DNA of 63,848 nt, the filler included, from Pelomyxa schiedti (lineage: Eukaryota; Protista; Evosea), in assembly GCA_020536535.1 (NCBI GenBank). It is 7 parts of 7 records of this genome, joined end to end, with 100 filler letters (N's around TTAATTAATTAA, not from the genome) between each part and the next. Parts side by side here need not be neighbours in the genome. Positions count along the whole stretch, not along the records: positions 48,220 to 52,447 come from JAHLWZ010000728.1; positions 52,548 to 55,260 come from JAHLWZ010001916.1; positions 55,361 to 60,928 come from JAHLWZ010001487.1; positions 61,029 to 62,743 come from JAHLWZ010002314.1; 3 more parts are not named here. One strand, 5' to 3'. Below are positions 48,640 through 62,095 of this stretch, piece after piece (the first letter of the stretch is position 1; each line of letters opens with the position of its first letter). The position numbers and the translations under genes were made by a program. The notes under the pieces were generated by a model that did not search any database, had not been told where the DNA came from, and saw nothing but the letters and a program-made list of their open reading frames with translations.

Positions 48640-49231
48640 TCAGCAAGTGGATGCAAGAAAACCTGAGGCACCGATGGGAGGACAGTGGAGCAATTGCCCC
48701 TGTTGGTAAGCTGAACATTGGCACCAGCAGAGACCAACAACCCTGTACTGATGGTATCAGATCAGCGTACAGCACAGTGGAGGGGAGTGTCTGCTTTTTG
48801 GGTTATGGCAGAAAGAATTGTGCATCACATACCTCCGTTCGAGTTGAAAGAGTTCACATCAAGATTGCCTCCACAATTTTGTAGTACTAGTTTTAGGACA
48901 GTGTGATCTTGACTCGCTGCAGCATAGTATACTGCAGTGTCTCCTTGCGAAAGAAGTTGTGAAAGAAGGGAGGGATATCTCTGCAGTATACACCACAGCA
49001 GCAGCAAATACTTCAAATTCTTCCTCCATAGAGTTGTCAAGAAAACTGATCCTCACATAATGAGAGACAATACTGCTCTGCTGGTAATCAGTGTGTGCAA
49101 TCAGGAGCTGTTCCACGGCTTGGAATTGTTTCTGGGCAATTGCAATTCCTAAGACTTTTTTGTAAGGGTCCTTGTGGCAGCAGAACAGAGAGAGCATCGT
49201 CGTAATTCTTTTTTGATGGTTCACAACCCAT
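48640..49231 (-). pseudogene. Ankyrin-repeat gene with an in-frame stop
   Basis: GDTAVYYAA..LKLVL..DVN; TPLHCAVR*SD..LLVSAGANV (TGA near 48763). Confidence 0.55.
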
Positions 49232-49370
49232 ATTGACTGATTGGATCAATCTTTCTGTCAGAATCTCCATACTATACACTCTTTGCCGAGATGGTTGGGT
49301 TTGGTCAGTTGCATCACCAAGTGGAAGAGTTCAAGTTTTTCGTGAGCTTTCATAAGATATCACATATCTT

Positions 49371-51277
49371 CTGTACCAAAGCCCAGTCAGAGCCCTAATA
49401 GTGAGTTATTTTGTGAAGTGAATAGTGCCGTTACACATACCCAGAACTTCCCTGAACACTTTTTTCCTTCCAATGAAGAACTGCGAGGACTNNNNNNNNN
49501 NNNNNNNNNNNNNNNNNNNNNNNNNNNNNNNNNNNNNNNNNNNNNNNNNNNNNNNNNNNNNNNNNNNNNNNNNNNNNNNNNNNNNNNNNNNCTGTACCAA
49601 AGCCCAGTCAGAGCCCTAATAGTGAGTTATTTTGTGAAGTGAATAGTGCCGTTACACATACCCAGAACTTCCCTGAACACTTTTTTCCTTCCAATGAAGA
49701 ACTGCGAGGACTACTTCAAATCACTCCTGCAAGCAACCAGCATTAAAGCATGGGTCACAGTTCAACTTGGAAACCTCCCTGAGGTGAAACCGGAAGTTGT
49801 TGGAGCTACAACCGGTTGATACGCTCGTTTATTTTCGCTTTTGCATCCTGTTCGTGGTAGGCCTGCATAGAAACTTTAATTGAGTTCCTGCATTTTAGTA
49901 TTTTGTTTATTTTTATTTTTATTTTTTGTAGTTGTTGCAATTCGATGGCCTGATTATCACTACGATAAGGAGCGACAGTACAGCGCTAGATGGCAAATCA
50001 ACTCGACATGCTGCGGCGATTTAATAGTTCCCATTTTCACCAGTGCCACCATAACTTCCAACGTGACAAGGAAGGGAAGGATACGTTTCCTTGCTTCCCA
50101 CCATCGACACTCCGTACCCACCATCGTCGATGTGGCACCAATGAAAAAAAAATGCGCGAAACGGCACAAGCGGAAAAGCACAAAACTCCTCCAAAAAACA
50201 GGTGATTGGTTGGGTTTGGGCCGAAAGGGATGAGCGGGGGCACAAGCATAACGACATTCGCGGAGGTTATGGGACCAGGGGGCGGGGTTGGCGACGACGA
50301 GCAGGCGGCGAGGGTTGTGGCGCGTGGCCTGTCTGGCCTGCTGCGCCCCGTGATCGACGAGTGCGACGCGNNNNNNNNNNNNNNNNNNNNNNNNNNNNNN
50401 NNNNNNNNNNNNNNNNNNNNNNNNNNNNNNNNNNNNNNNNNNNNNNNNNNNNNNNNNNNNNNNNNNNNNNCTGTACCAAAGCCCAGTCAGAGCCCTAATA
50501 GTGAGTTATTTTGTGAAGTGAATAGTGCCGTTACACATACCCAGAACTTCCCTGAACACTTTTTTCCTTCCAATGAAGAACTGCGAGGACTGCTTCAAAT
50601 CACTCCTGCAAGCAACCAGCATTAAAGCATGGGGGTCACAGTTCAACTTGGAAACCTCCTCACGAACTCCCTGAGGTGAAACCGGAAGTTGTTGAAGCTA
50701 CAACCGGTTGATACGCTCGTTTATTTTCGCTTTTGCATCCTGTTCGTGGTAGGCCTGCATAGAAACTTTAATTGAGTTCCTGCATTTTAGTATTTTGTTT
50801 GTTTTTATTTTTATTTTTTGTAGTTGTTGCAATTCGATGGCCTGATTATCACTACGTTAAGGAGCGACAGCGCTAGATGCCAAATCAACTCAGACATTCT
50901 GCGGCGATTACGTAATAGTAACCATTTTCACCATTCCAAGTGCCACCATAACTTCCAACGTGACAAGGAAGGGAAGGATACGTCTGCTTCCCACCATGGA
51001 CACTCCGTACCCACCATCGTCGATGTGTGGCACCAATGAAAAAAAAAAGCTCGAAACGGCACAAGCGAAAAAGCACAAAACTCCTCCAAAAAACAGGCAC
51101 AAACGAGTGATTGATTGGGGTTGGGGCCGAAAGGGATGAGCGGGGGCACAAGCACAACGACATTCGCGGAGGTTATGGGACCAGGGGGCGGGGTTGGCGA
51201 CGACGAGCAGGCGGCGAGGGTTGTGGCGCGTGGCCTGTCTGGCCTGCTGCGCCCCGTGATCGACGAGTGCGACGCGC
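49371..51277. repeat. Tandem gap-separated variants of the SNAPIN upstream region and exon 1
   Basis: 49592-50370 and 50471-51277 are near-identical with small indels; 49371-49491 repeats their start. Confidence 0.88.
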
Positions 51278-52178
51278 AGATGGCCGGCGTGTTCGCTGCC
51301 CAGGCCGAGCTCGCCTCTCAGGTCGACAGGCTCAACGCCGGTGGGTACCTCCTTCCCTTGTCGCAAGATATGGTGGCTCGTGCTCCTTTTGGTTGTGCGG
51401 TGGATTGTTCGTGACTAAGTTGTGGGATGGGTGATGCTTCTCTTTCTAATGTCTGTCATTATTTTTTTTTTATAATGTGGGGGTTTTTATTATTGGTGGT
51501 GCTGGTTATTTACCTCTTTGTTTCGTTTGTTTTTACATGGGGTAACTTTCTGAACCCGGGTTCTTGTGAAACACAAAAGAGTTGAAGCGCTTCTCTGAAG
51601 TGACACCTCCACCACCTTTTGCTGTATACACGCAAAAGCTGCAAGATTCCCAAAGAATTCTTGCCGACGTTGGGAGCATACTCTCTGTAATCGAGAAGAG
51701 GCTAGCCAGAATAAACGAGAACGTTACACTCAAAGAGAAAGAAAAAGCATTGGCCACCCAAAAATGTATTTCCATCCATTACCTACTCCCTTCTATGTAC
51801 ACTTAACTTTTACCCGAAAACAATTTAAAATTAATTTAACAAACAGTGCAAAGCTATGCCCAAGCAAAAGCAGAAGCACAGGCCATGGCCCAGGCCCAGG
51901 CCCAGGCCCAGGCACAAGCCCAAAACCAAGCTCAAACACAAACTCCATCCACTGAAACACCACCACCCTCTCAACCTGCATCAAACACAACCACAGCCAT
52001 AAACACAGCAGCAACAACAACAACAGCCGCAGCCAGCCCTAGTTCTAATACCACCACACCAACACAGGCACCAACAACGCAAGAACCAGCTTCTGTTGCA
52101 GCACCCACAACAAATACCACTGCCCAGACATCAGAGCAACCCATCACCACACCCACACAACAATCCTCTTCACTTTAA
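51136..52178 (+). CDS. SNAPIN: BLOC-1/BORC subunit Snapin with QA- and Thr-rich tail
   Basis: VARGLSGLLRPVIDECDAQMAGVFAAQAELASQVDRLNA|ELKRF..YTQKLQDSQR..VGSILSVIEKRLARIN follows the Snapin pattern. Confidence 0.8.
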
Positions 52179-52547
52179 AGTTGTATTTCAAAACAGAATA
52201 AGGTTTACTGGATAACATCTTCCCAATCAAAGGGATATGCATGACTAAGAAACAACTGGTTCCCCAAACTACAACTTGTAGCGATCTAAATATTTGTATA
52301 ATAAATCGCCACAGTACTCTTCTGAAGCATATCTGGAGCCCAGGGGCGGTCATTTTACATAGAGGAAAAACCACAGGAAAATTGTAAAATGACCGCCCCA
52401 TCGTTTTGAGGGCGGTCATTTTACAATTTTTTCCTTCTAATCTCTTANNNNNNNNNNNNNNNNNNNNNNNNNNNNNNNNNNNNNNNNNNNNTTAATTAAT
52501 TAANNNNNNNNNNNNNNNNNNNNNNNNNNNNNNNNNNNNNNNNNNNN

Positions 52548-55002
52548 TGAGTTGATGTGTGAGGAGTGCCCTTCGACAACTTGCAGGAGGGTAGCATCTG
52601 GTATTGACCAAACCCTTAAATTGTTGTCAAAAGCACCTGTGATAACTGTCCTAAAGGACATTTGAGGAGGTACAATCCATGGAAGGGAACCTACCGGCTG
52701 TCCTTGAATACTGCGCAATAGACAAAAACGGGATGATGCAGAGTGACTGAAGGTGTCGCAGTATGAATTGGTGGGGTCCCTGGGGGTTTCTCCCACATGT
52801 GCGGTGACTGAAGTTCCCAAACCTGTGTGTACAATTGATTAGCTTGTCTGGGGTTTCTAATACAACCTTGGCTGTCAAATCAGAAGATGCAGTTAGAATG
52901 CAAGAGTCATCATGAAGCCAAGAGATGTCGTGTGTTATACTGTGGTGCCCTATTGCCAAGAAGTTCGAACAATTGTCGAAAGAAAAGGATCTTTGTGTCA
53001 ATACCAATGAAAGTTTGAATGCACTGCCATGTATGCACATTGAATACTTTAACAGTGTACATTACAGGTTCTACACATACAACAGCAAGATAATGTCCAC
53101 TGGGCGAGAATTGTGCCTGATGAGCTCCTCTATTGTTGTCAAACAAGATATCGAGACTTGAAGTACTTTTTTCCAGCGGTTAATCTCGATGCAATCATAT
53201 TAGGTACATGAAAAGGTGCTTCGGGTGTCTTTTGCCACTACATATGACACTCAGAAAGGATGTTTGGAACAGTAAACATACCCAAGGCTTTTTTACATGC
53301 TCGGGAATGGCAGGGACTTCGGGTTTATCGCCTTGTAGGAGGTCTTCATCCTCACTGCTATTATCGCGGTCCCCTGATTCAGTTCCTCGATCTTCATTGG
53401 AATTTGTTGATCTTTTTTTTCCTTGCGTTACATAATTGGTTTCCTCATGTTTTCATTTATCAGAGAATCTTCGTTCAGGCGTACTTGGTATTTTTCACAA
53501 GAAGATTTTGTGGTCGAGGTTGTTTCTTGGCCCTCACAGTTACATATATTGTCGAAGGATATTTTATCTTTGAGGTGGGGTGATGTTACTGAAAGATTAC
53601 CACAAAGATGGGAAAAAACCGGTTTTCCTTTCTTCCACAACCAAAAAATGTTGGGGATATCCGCGACCTGAGCTGCTGGAACTGCAGTCTTCTGTGTATA
53701 TTTATAAAGTTGCAATCTAGCCTGCATATCAAGTTGTAAGAGTGGTAGAGTATGATAGTACCATCTTCTCTGTGTGCAGTCTATTGTTAATACCAACAGG
53801 AAGAAGGAATCCCCAGGCAATATCCATAAAACCTTGACTCACAGTAGTGCTGGTTTTGGGTTGTTAGGAATACAGATTTTCCTTTCGCACTCTAACCGTG
53901 TGAGGGAGTGATGTCCAATGTCTTTTAATTCAAAAATTATCAGTGTATTGGGGGAAATAATATGATCATAGAACACAGAAAATATAAGTTCTTCTTCCCT
54001 ATATTGCATTAATTAAACTGCCCTTCGTTGTTATGTAGACAAGTATCAGAGGTAGATACCAAGTGGGGGCACATGAATTTGAACTGCGTGGGATAACTGC
54101 AGGTTTTGTTGAAACCTCGTGATCAACAGTAACAAACTTAGTGGCGGCAGTTGGGTTGTTGCACACAACATTGGGACCCATACTGGCGAGGTACTTGCCA
54201 GTATCTTTATCTGATATATTGATTTTCAGGTGTTAGATAGTTACTGTACTGTAATCCATCTACTATCCAACATACTGAGGACATGGATTTTCACAACAGG
54301 ACTGTTCGGTAGATGCAGAGGGTGCAAGTGGTCAGTCTTATGCACAGTGATAGAAACAATGAAGCCGCGACCGTGCCAAGGCGACAGAGGAGCCCCCTGC
54401 GGTGCCCCGACCCCAGGCTGCTGCTGTTGCTGCTGCTGCTGCTGAGCAGGCGGAGGGGGCGGGGGGGCCTCGTGGGTCTGCGGCTGGGACGGCGACTGCG
54501 GCTGCAAGCGCGAGTGGGAGCCAGAATGGCCATGGGCACTGGGGTGCGGGGAGGCAGCTGCCTCGGAGCCGGGCGGGGCCGCTTGTTGTTGCTGCGGCTG
54601 GTCCGGAGGGGGCGGGGGAGGCGGCGGGGCAGACTTCTTGGGGGTCCCCTTGGGGCTGCTGGCCGTGGGGCGGCTGCGTGAGGACTGTTGGGCGGAGGAG
54701 GCGAGGGAGCTCGAGCGAGAGCGTGGGTGGGGGGGTGCCTGCTTGGCCCCTTCTCGCGGGCTCTTGCCCTTGGTTGCGGGGCTGTCGCCGTCCAGGTCCG
54801 GGTCGTAGCTGTGTTCCTCCTCCTCTGCCTCATCTGGACTTTCGTCGTCGTCGTCGTATGTATTGCTGCTGCGTGGCGCTTTGCCGTGCCTTCTTCTGGT
54901 TGCAGATGATATCGATGGAGAGTGAGCCCCCGTACGCAACTTGTGGGAGCCCCTGTCTGCTGTGCTGCTCCCCAACTTCGTCGGAGACGCCGCAGGTTGC
55001 AT
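52548..55002 (-). CDS. AHI1: Jouberin/AHI1-like ciliary transition-zone protein (C2-like + WD40), 3' partial
   Basis: ITVHKTDHL..PVVKIHV; PTW|EEEL; AWGFL; RLQLYKY; YPSTIYVTVR; GHHSITHDISWLHDDSCILTASSDLTAKV; VITGAFDNNLRVW..HSSHINS. Confidence 0.82.
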
Positions 55003-55360
55003 TGTTCGTTGTCAAAAGAATTTCTTTCTCTTTGATATTAACAAAGGGCCTGTCTTCTCGAAGAATCACAACCAGAGGTTCATAGATCTGATCATCAGGC
55101 ATAAATGGGCAGTAGATATGAGCGTCAATGTTGAAATGGGGCGAAATGAGTTCTTTTGCTAGTGCAGTTAGGGGGTGACATATGGCTGGAGACCGGGTGA
55201 CACACCAGCACTATTATTCTTCAACTTGTCAAGTGCCATAATGGCATGAAAGCTGACTGGNNNNNNNNNNNNNNNNNNNNNNNNNNNNNNNNNNNNNNNN
55301 NNNNTTAATTAATTAANNNNNNNNNNNNNNNNNNNNNNNNNNNNNNNNNNNNNNNNNNNN

Positions 55361-58300
55361 TTTGGTGGGGCTTCCTTGGCTGGTGCTCCATGTGTGGAAA
55401 ACAAGGGGACAGGGAAGTGATCAAGGAGGGATTTGGTGTTGAACTGGCTCATGTCCTGGTTCATTGTGCTGCCAATGAATTTGCGCGACTGTGGTGGGAT
55501 CAGTGCATCCCAGAATGTGAGTGCGAGTGCAAAAGAGTCACACTTGGAGAAGGAGAACAAAGCGTGACTACCACGTGATGGTACTCTTGTTGATGCTGTT
55601 GTCGCCTTGAGAAACATGCTGAGCTCAGGAGGCATTGTGCCTGTGTTGCCCCACGACTGTGTTGTTGCAGTGATCATCATCTCCATGTTTGGTGGGCAGC
55701 ACTGCTGTGCCTCGCCAAAGTCAATCAGTGTCAGTTTCCCACTCTCTGGGTCAACAAGAATGTTGTCCTGTTTGATGTCCCTGTGTGAAGTGTTGTCTTC
55801 AGTTATCCCAAGGGGAAAGTTACTACCTGTGAACAATGGAATGTGACTCAAGGTGCTGGATGGCTTTGGTTCCTTGAAGAAAAAGACTCAGTGCAATTTC
55901 CAGTGCCCTCTTATTGATGGAGGACATGAATGGAGAGAGAAACGCTGACAAAGTGATTCCAGCATGAGGCATGAGAATCAGAAGTGATTTGTAATTGCAC
56001 ATCTCCCGGAAGAAAGGTTTATCTCTTGGTATTTTTTCAACAAACTCGGCTGGGAGGCTGCATTGGTTGTTTTGTTGGATTCTTACATAAATTGTCTCGA
56101 GACTGAATACAGATACATACAAAGGAGCAACAATGGCTCCAAGAGGGTGGATCACATTTGGATGATTTGGAACCAACGAGAGTGTTGCACACTCGGCCAT
56201 GTATTTCTGCCTCAGCATTGTCTGCTGTGGTGTGTTCTCCCAGTTGAAAAGAACCTTCATCACCATGTCTCTCCCCCTCTTCGTTGTTGCCATTGTCATT
56301 ACGGTGGCAGTTGCCTCTTTGGCTTCTGTTGATGACGAAGGTGTCGATGTTAACGTGGCATGTGCACCGCTGCTGATGCTATTATTGTCAAATGGAGTGA
56401 TGTATTGAACCTTGAATGCCGCTGCATTCGATCCAGTGCCAAGGAGTTTCTCAACCCTGAAATCAGATGAAGTTGCTGAAATCAGTGATGCCATTGTGTT
56501 GATGATCTCCTGTGTGTGGTGGGTGGGTATTGGTTGAAGTCAATCGTGAAGGTTTTAAAAGAACCTGAAGTGATGCGGACCTGTCGACTTCCTCCTTGAG
56601 ACATCTGTTCAGATTGACAACAGAAATGCGTTCTTGAGCAAGTGTTTTCTCTGTGTGACTGCATTGATTCCCCAGTTGTACATTTGTGTTCCTGAGCTAA
56701 AAAAAATTACTATGGCACAGTGTTTGATTGGCAGATCCTTTTTTTTAAATCTTACCTCTCTGTTCTCGTTTGTCAAATCAAGCACAGATTTCTGCAGAGA
56801 TTGAATCTGTTGTTTCAGTGCCTCAACGACGTTGTCTTGTTGGACTTGCATTTCTGGAGGGTGCAGAATTTTGGCAGCACCTCTGTGTCCGAACAGATCA
56901 GCCTCCATCAGCCACCGACGTGACCTATCCATGTCACACGCCACACCATCACCATCCCTGAAGCACACACCAAGGTGAAACATGGAAACTGGATCACCAC
57001 CCGCTGAAGCAATCCGGAAATATTTTACAGCCAGTTCCTTGTCCATTGGGGCACCACAGTCACCTCTTTGGCAAAACACTCCCAATTCACCAACCCACTT
57101 GGCCTCATCCCCCTGACAACATTGGTCAAACAACGCAGAAGCTTTGTTGAGATCCATCTCAACACCAAGACCCGTTTCATGACAATACCCCAGGAAAGTG
57201 TGGCCTATGCAACACTCTTGGAAGAGATTACAGGTCAAATCAGTAGATTGTGAGAGGAGATGAACACCCTTTGTGACATCTCTTTCCACACCACACCCCC
57301 ACAAGTGGCACCACCCAAGGAATGCCTTTCCGTACTTAGAGTCAGCTGACTGGTTGAAAAGTGACACAGCTTTGGCCCAGTCTCTGGGTACACCCTCACC
57401 CATCAAATAACACACACCCAGTGCCCACGATTCACTATTACTGTAGAGCGACACAGCCTTGCGTTGGTTGTACTCCACACCAACACCGTTCTGGTAGCAC
57501 CAACCCAGACTGCACTTTGCATCATCATTACCCATGTCAGCAGCCATGGTCCACACTTGCACAGCCTTATCCATGTCATGGTCACGCTCATAGGCCTTCC
57601 CAACAGAAAACAGGCCATAGCTAGTGTCAGCGGCCAGGAACCAGTGCTCTGCCTTGCGCAGGTCTTTGGCCACGCCATGTGTACCAATAAGGTAACAGAA
57701 AGCAAGCCGTGACATGGCCTCAGTACTTCCACAGTCAATCGCTTGGTGCAGCAATGACACACCTTTGGCGTCGTCTTTTGTCAGCCCAAACCTTGGCTTC
57801 AGGTAACCCTCAGCGAGTGCCACCATGGCTTTTGGGTTGTTTCTGTCAACAGCCACCTGCAGAAGGGATACCCCTTTGGTGAATTCTTTAAAAAAGCAGC
57901 CCTGTGGGTCCAGGTAACAGTGAGCAAGGTCATACATTGCGTTGGTGTCACCTGCACCAGCTTTATTTATGAGATCCATGGCACGTTTTGCATGGGAGCT
58001 TCCACAGTCAACAGCCTGTTGCAACAATGACATGGCTTTTTCTTTGTCCTGTGTCAACCCATACTTTGGCACCAGGTATCCATCAGCAAGTTTCACCATT
58101 GCTTTGGTGTTGTTGCCACCAACAGCTTGCTGCAACAGCGAGACTCCTTTGGTTGTGTCTTTGGCCAAGTCGTACATGTACCAATGCTCCAGGTAACCCT
58201 CAGCAAGTTTCACCATGGCATCTGTATTGTTTCCATTGACAGCCTTTTCCAACAGTGACGCAGCTTTGGCCTTGTCGTCAGTCACCCCATAGTATCTGTC

Positions 58301-58464
58301 AGAGAGTTTCACCATTGCTTCAGTGTTGTCAATGCCCTCAATCAGAGCTTGTTGAAAGGCCGAAACCATATGTACTTTGCTTGTTGTTAACGCACAGTAA
58401 CTGTCAGCGAGTTTCACCATTGCTTTGGTGTTGTTGCCCTCGACGGCTTTCTGCAACAGCGACA
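55361..58464 (-). CDS. Sel1-like repeats + coiled coil + atypical protein kinase, partial at both ends
   Basis: AMVKLADGYL and LGWCYQNGVGV repeats; LLGTGSNA, VMKVLF, HPNVI, HR|DIKQDN, IDFGEA, GTMPPE. Confidence 0.85.
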
Positions 58465-58564
58465 NNNNNNNNNNNNNNNNNNNNNNNNNNNNNNNNNNNN
58501 NNNNNNNNNNNNNNNNNNNNNNNNNNNNNNNNNNNNNNNNNNNNNNNNNNNNNNNNNNNNNNNN

Positions 58565-60928
58565 CTCCTCCTCCTCTTCCTCCTCGTCGTCGTCTATTGC
58601 TACCGATGCTGCTGCTGTTTCATCTCGGTCACCATCCCCCTCGCCGTCGCCTTCGTTGCCGTCGTTTCCCCTGGCTCCCGCGCCTGCCCCTTGTTCCACG
58701 TCCACTACCCTCTCGTGCTCGTGCTTGCGGCCGTCACCGTCACCGTCACCGTCACAGTCGCCGCCGCCGTCACTACTATTATTATTACCTGCGCCCGGGC
58801 GGGAGAACAACAACCACAAGAGCAGTGACAAGCCGTCTACGATGGAGTTTTGGTGTTCGGTGTGCGGGTGCAAGAGGGAAGCAAAGATACAACAGTGGAC
58901 TGGCGAGATACAACCAACAACCGTGCTGACGACAACTGGGGCTGTGTCACAAGTGGTTGTTAAGATGGAGGAGGAAGAACCTGACCATGATTCATCGGCG
59001 AGCCCAACTCCAACAAATCCAAAGCGGATTCGGAGGGCTGTTGTTGTTGCCGCTCCTACTCATACTTCTTCTTCTGCTGATCCTGCTTCGGCTTCGGCTT
59101 CTCCTTCTGATGCTACTTCTAGTTCTACTACTACTTCTGCTGCTTTGTGTGTCATGTGCCGGACATCTGGGCAGGCCGATGTTGCGGCCAAGTACATGTG
59201 CGGGGATTGCACGAAGGCATCAAGGGGAAGTACACCAATGTTGTATTGCGAGTCGTGCTGGTCCAGGGCTCACTGGACACCATGGATGTTGACTCATGTC
59301 AGGTCTGATCCTATTTCGGCGGTTCCTGGTGAAGTCTCAGGTTGCACTTTTCTTTTCCACCTTAATTAACTTCCCGATTGACGATATCACTTCGCATCAA
59401 TTTATCCAAGTACTATTGAATAGCGGAAATAATTTTCTCTTTTTCTGACCTTTTAATGCTCACAATTAATTACAGGCGTGAAGATGTGTGAAAGTCACCA
59501 GCTTACACTTGATGTATTCTGTCAAACGGACAACACTTTCATTTGCTCAAGATGCATTTTGTATTCCTCCCACAAGGTGGTTACCGTTGTGCTATTTAAT
59601 TGACTTTTCTAACTTCAAAACAAGGGACACCATGTGGTATCAGTGGAAGAGATGTCTTACAACAACCTGCCAAGCCCAAAATCGTTTTTGGGACAGCTGT
59701 CACAACTGGAATCAAACTTAAAATTGTCGGTTATGTGCATCAAATCTGAGAGCACCAAAAGACAGATGGTTTCTCTTCTTCAACTTACTTCAACAAATCT
59801 AATAAAAAAAAAAACAAAAAGGATCAGGGCCAGTTTGAGGAAACCGTTCACAAGGAATTCTGTGAGATGAGGTCACTGTTGGAAAGAAGACAAGAGGAAT
59901 TAATTTCGGCCTCTGAAGCAATCTCATCTTACAAAGGTTTGCCGGAAGCAATCCATTGTGACACTGAAACTCCGCAGTTTGTGCGTTGTCAAGACAACTT
60001 GAGGCTCTTACTGCTGGACTCGAGCATATTGATAAATACAAGTCAAAGTGTTTGGCAATCTTGCAAAGTTGTGATGGACCCAAGATTATTGGCTTGTGTG
60101 AATCAATTCCTGCTATCCTCAAGGTGTCATTTTAATTGTAGGAAACTTCCACTTAACAGACACGATAGCAACTTGAATGCAAGCCGGAACACCTGTCACT
60201 ATGTGAAAGTGAAACTTGGACTTGCACAGACGACGTGGCGCCCTTCAAGACAAGCATTCCTCACCTTTGCTTCATTTCCTCTGGTGCGTGTTATTTTCCA
60301 CAATTCTTTTCAAACCAACAACCAACAAATGTAGGACCAGTTCTTGTGTGCATTAGGGAGGAAATGCCAGCATTGGGAAGAGTAAAAGGCAATACTGTTA
60401 CATTGCACGGATGGTGGGCACCGTCGGCAACAAACCAAGACATTCGAGTGCGAGTTGGCGAATCCGAGTGCACAAACGTGAACATTGTCACTCCCGGCTC
60501 TGTTCTCACTTTCACGGTTCCAGTGTATGGTGTTGGAAATGACCTTCCGGTGTTCCTCTCTGTGCTTGGAAAAGCTGCCGACAGGCCAAATGACACCAGG
60601 TTCTCATTTCCAGGTTTGTTGTGTCTGAAACCCTTTCTTTCCACAACTGAGTCATCACCCAAACAGGACCGGAGATTCGGAGTGTATCCAAGGCTCCCCA
60701 ATTTGGAGGGAAGATCACAATCACAGGGAATGGATTTGGTACCTCACAGAGCGCAATAGTGGTGTCACTTAACGGTGAGATACTTCATTCTCCCCAAATA
60801 TTTCTAATTGAAATACACAAGGCATGCAGTGCGGTGATGTGGAGGTGAGCCACCCGCACACTGAGATCAAGTGCACAGTGCCACTTACACTACAGGGCAA
60901 TAATTCAACCCACACGTTGACTCTCACA
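58565..60928 (+). CDS. TRIM-like protein 3, partial at both ends
   Basis: FWCSVCGC; CVMC..AKYMCGDC..YCESCWSRAH..H; CESHQLTLDVFCQTDNTFICSRC; LLERRQEEL; TPGSVLTFTVP..ADRPNDTRFS. Confidence 0.8.
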
Positions 60929-61103
60929 NNNNNNNNNNNNNNNNNNNNNNNNNNNNNNNNNNNNNNNNNNNNTTAATTAATTAANNNNNNNNNNNNNNNN
61001 NNNNNNNNNNNNNNNNNNNNNNNNNNNNACCTGTGTCTGCTTCACCAGGGAAGTAGGTGGTGGGTGATGGAGAGAACGGATCCACCATGAGAATGGGATT
61101 GCT

Positions 61104-61187
61104 GGGCGTGGGCGTGGGCGTGGGCGTGGGCGTGGGCGTGGGCGTGGGCGTGGGCGTGGGCGTGGGCGTGGGCGTGGGCGTGGGCGT
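61104..61187. repeat. (GGGCGT)x14 microsatellite
   Basis: Directly visible. Confidence 0.95.
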
Positions 61188-61473
61188 ACAACCACACAAC
61201 AAAAAAAAAATTTCTTTTTTTCATCCACATGTTTGTATTGCTACCACCCACTTTTTATTCCCAGTTGTGGTTTGTTGGGTGTTGGCTGTGTTGTTGCGGG
61301 TTCTGCCACAGATGAAAAATCGAGTTGTACCAAAAAATCGCCAAAAAGTGCTGGGAAGTCGATTAATTATAAATTCGGGAAAGTCTAATACAAGCATGTG
61401 GATGAAAAAAAGAAATTTTTTGTTTGGGGTGTGGTTGCCACACCCACACCCCACGCCCCACACCCCAGACCCC

Positions 61474-61741
61474 ACAGGCGCTGGATGGCTGACATGGGCC
61501 GTTGCACAAGGAATGTCAAAGGAACTTGACCTTGATCCCCCATTCGGGTTCCTGGCTTCCGGGAAGCCAAATGCCAAGCTGGAACAAGTTGGCACAGCAG
61601 TGCAGGTCAACCCAGCGTGCCGCCTGAGCAGAGGTAGCCTCGTGGGAGGTGAGGGAACAGGCGCTGGATGGCTGACATGGGCCGTTGCACAAGGAATGTC
61701 AAAGGAACTTGACCTTGATCCCCCATTCGGGTTCCTGGCTT
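61474..61741. repeat. 85-bp perfect direct repeat (61474-61558 / 61657-61741)
   Basis: acaggcgctggatggctgac...cgggttcctggctt occurs twice. Confidence 0.92.
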
Positions 61742-62095
61742 GTATATTAGTGTACCACCACCTATGTAAAAAAGGTGGGATTTGTTTTATTGCATTTTTT
61801 TGGCCAAATAAAGGTCAAGAGTCATTGAGACATTGTTAGAAAGCCATAGAAGTGGTCTTACATCAGGACAGTGCAATGTACATTGAAACCTGTATTTGGG
61901 GGTGGGATTCCCAAGGGGCATAGTTGTTTATGTGGTAACGCAGGTTATTTTTTTTTGGTTGTATGAATTATGGGTAAGAAGTTTTTTGAGCTCTGAGATT
62001 CGATCTCCTTCAACAACAAAAAAATTTAAAAAATTCGACATGGCGCTCTGTGGCTCCGAGCGGTACCCGACTTACAGGGTGAATAAAACTGAATA

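Noticed and set aside
56609-58873. 754-aa ORF with an acidic N-terminus fused to Sel1 repeats
   Set aside because: It reads through Ns; the part beyond the gap is the antisense of TRIM-like 3.
61057-61839. 260-aa ORF with (GV)n
   Set aside because: Built from the microsatellite, MITE-like arms and direct repeats; not protein-like.
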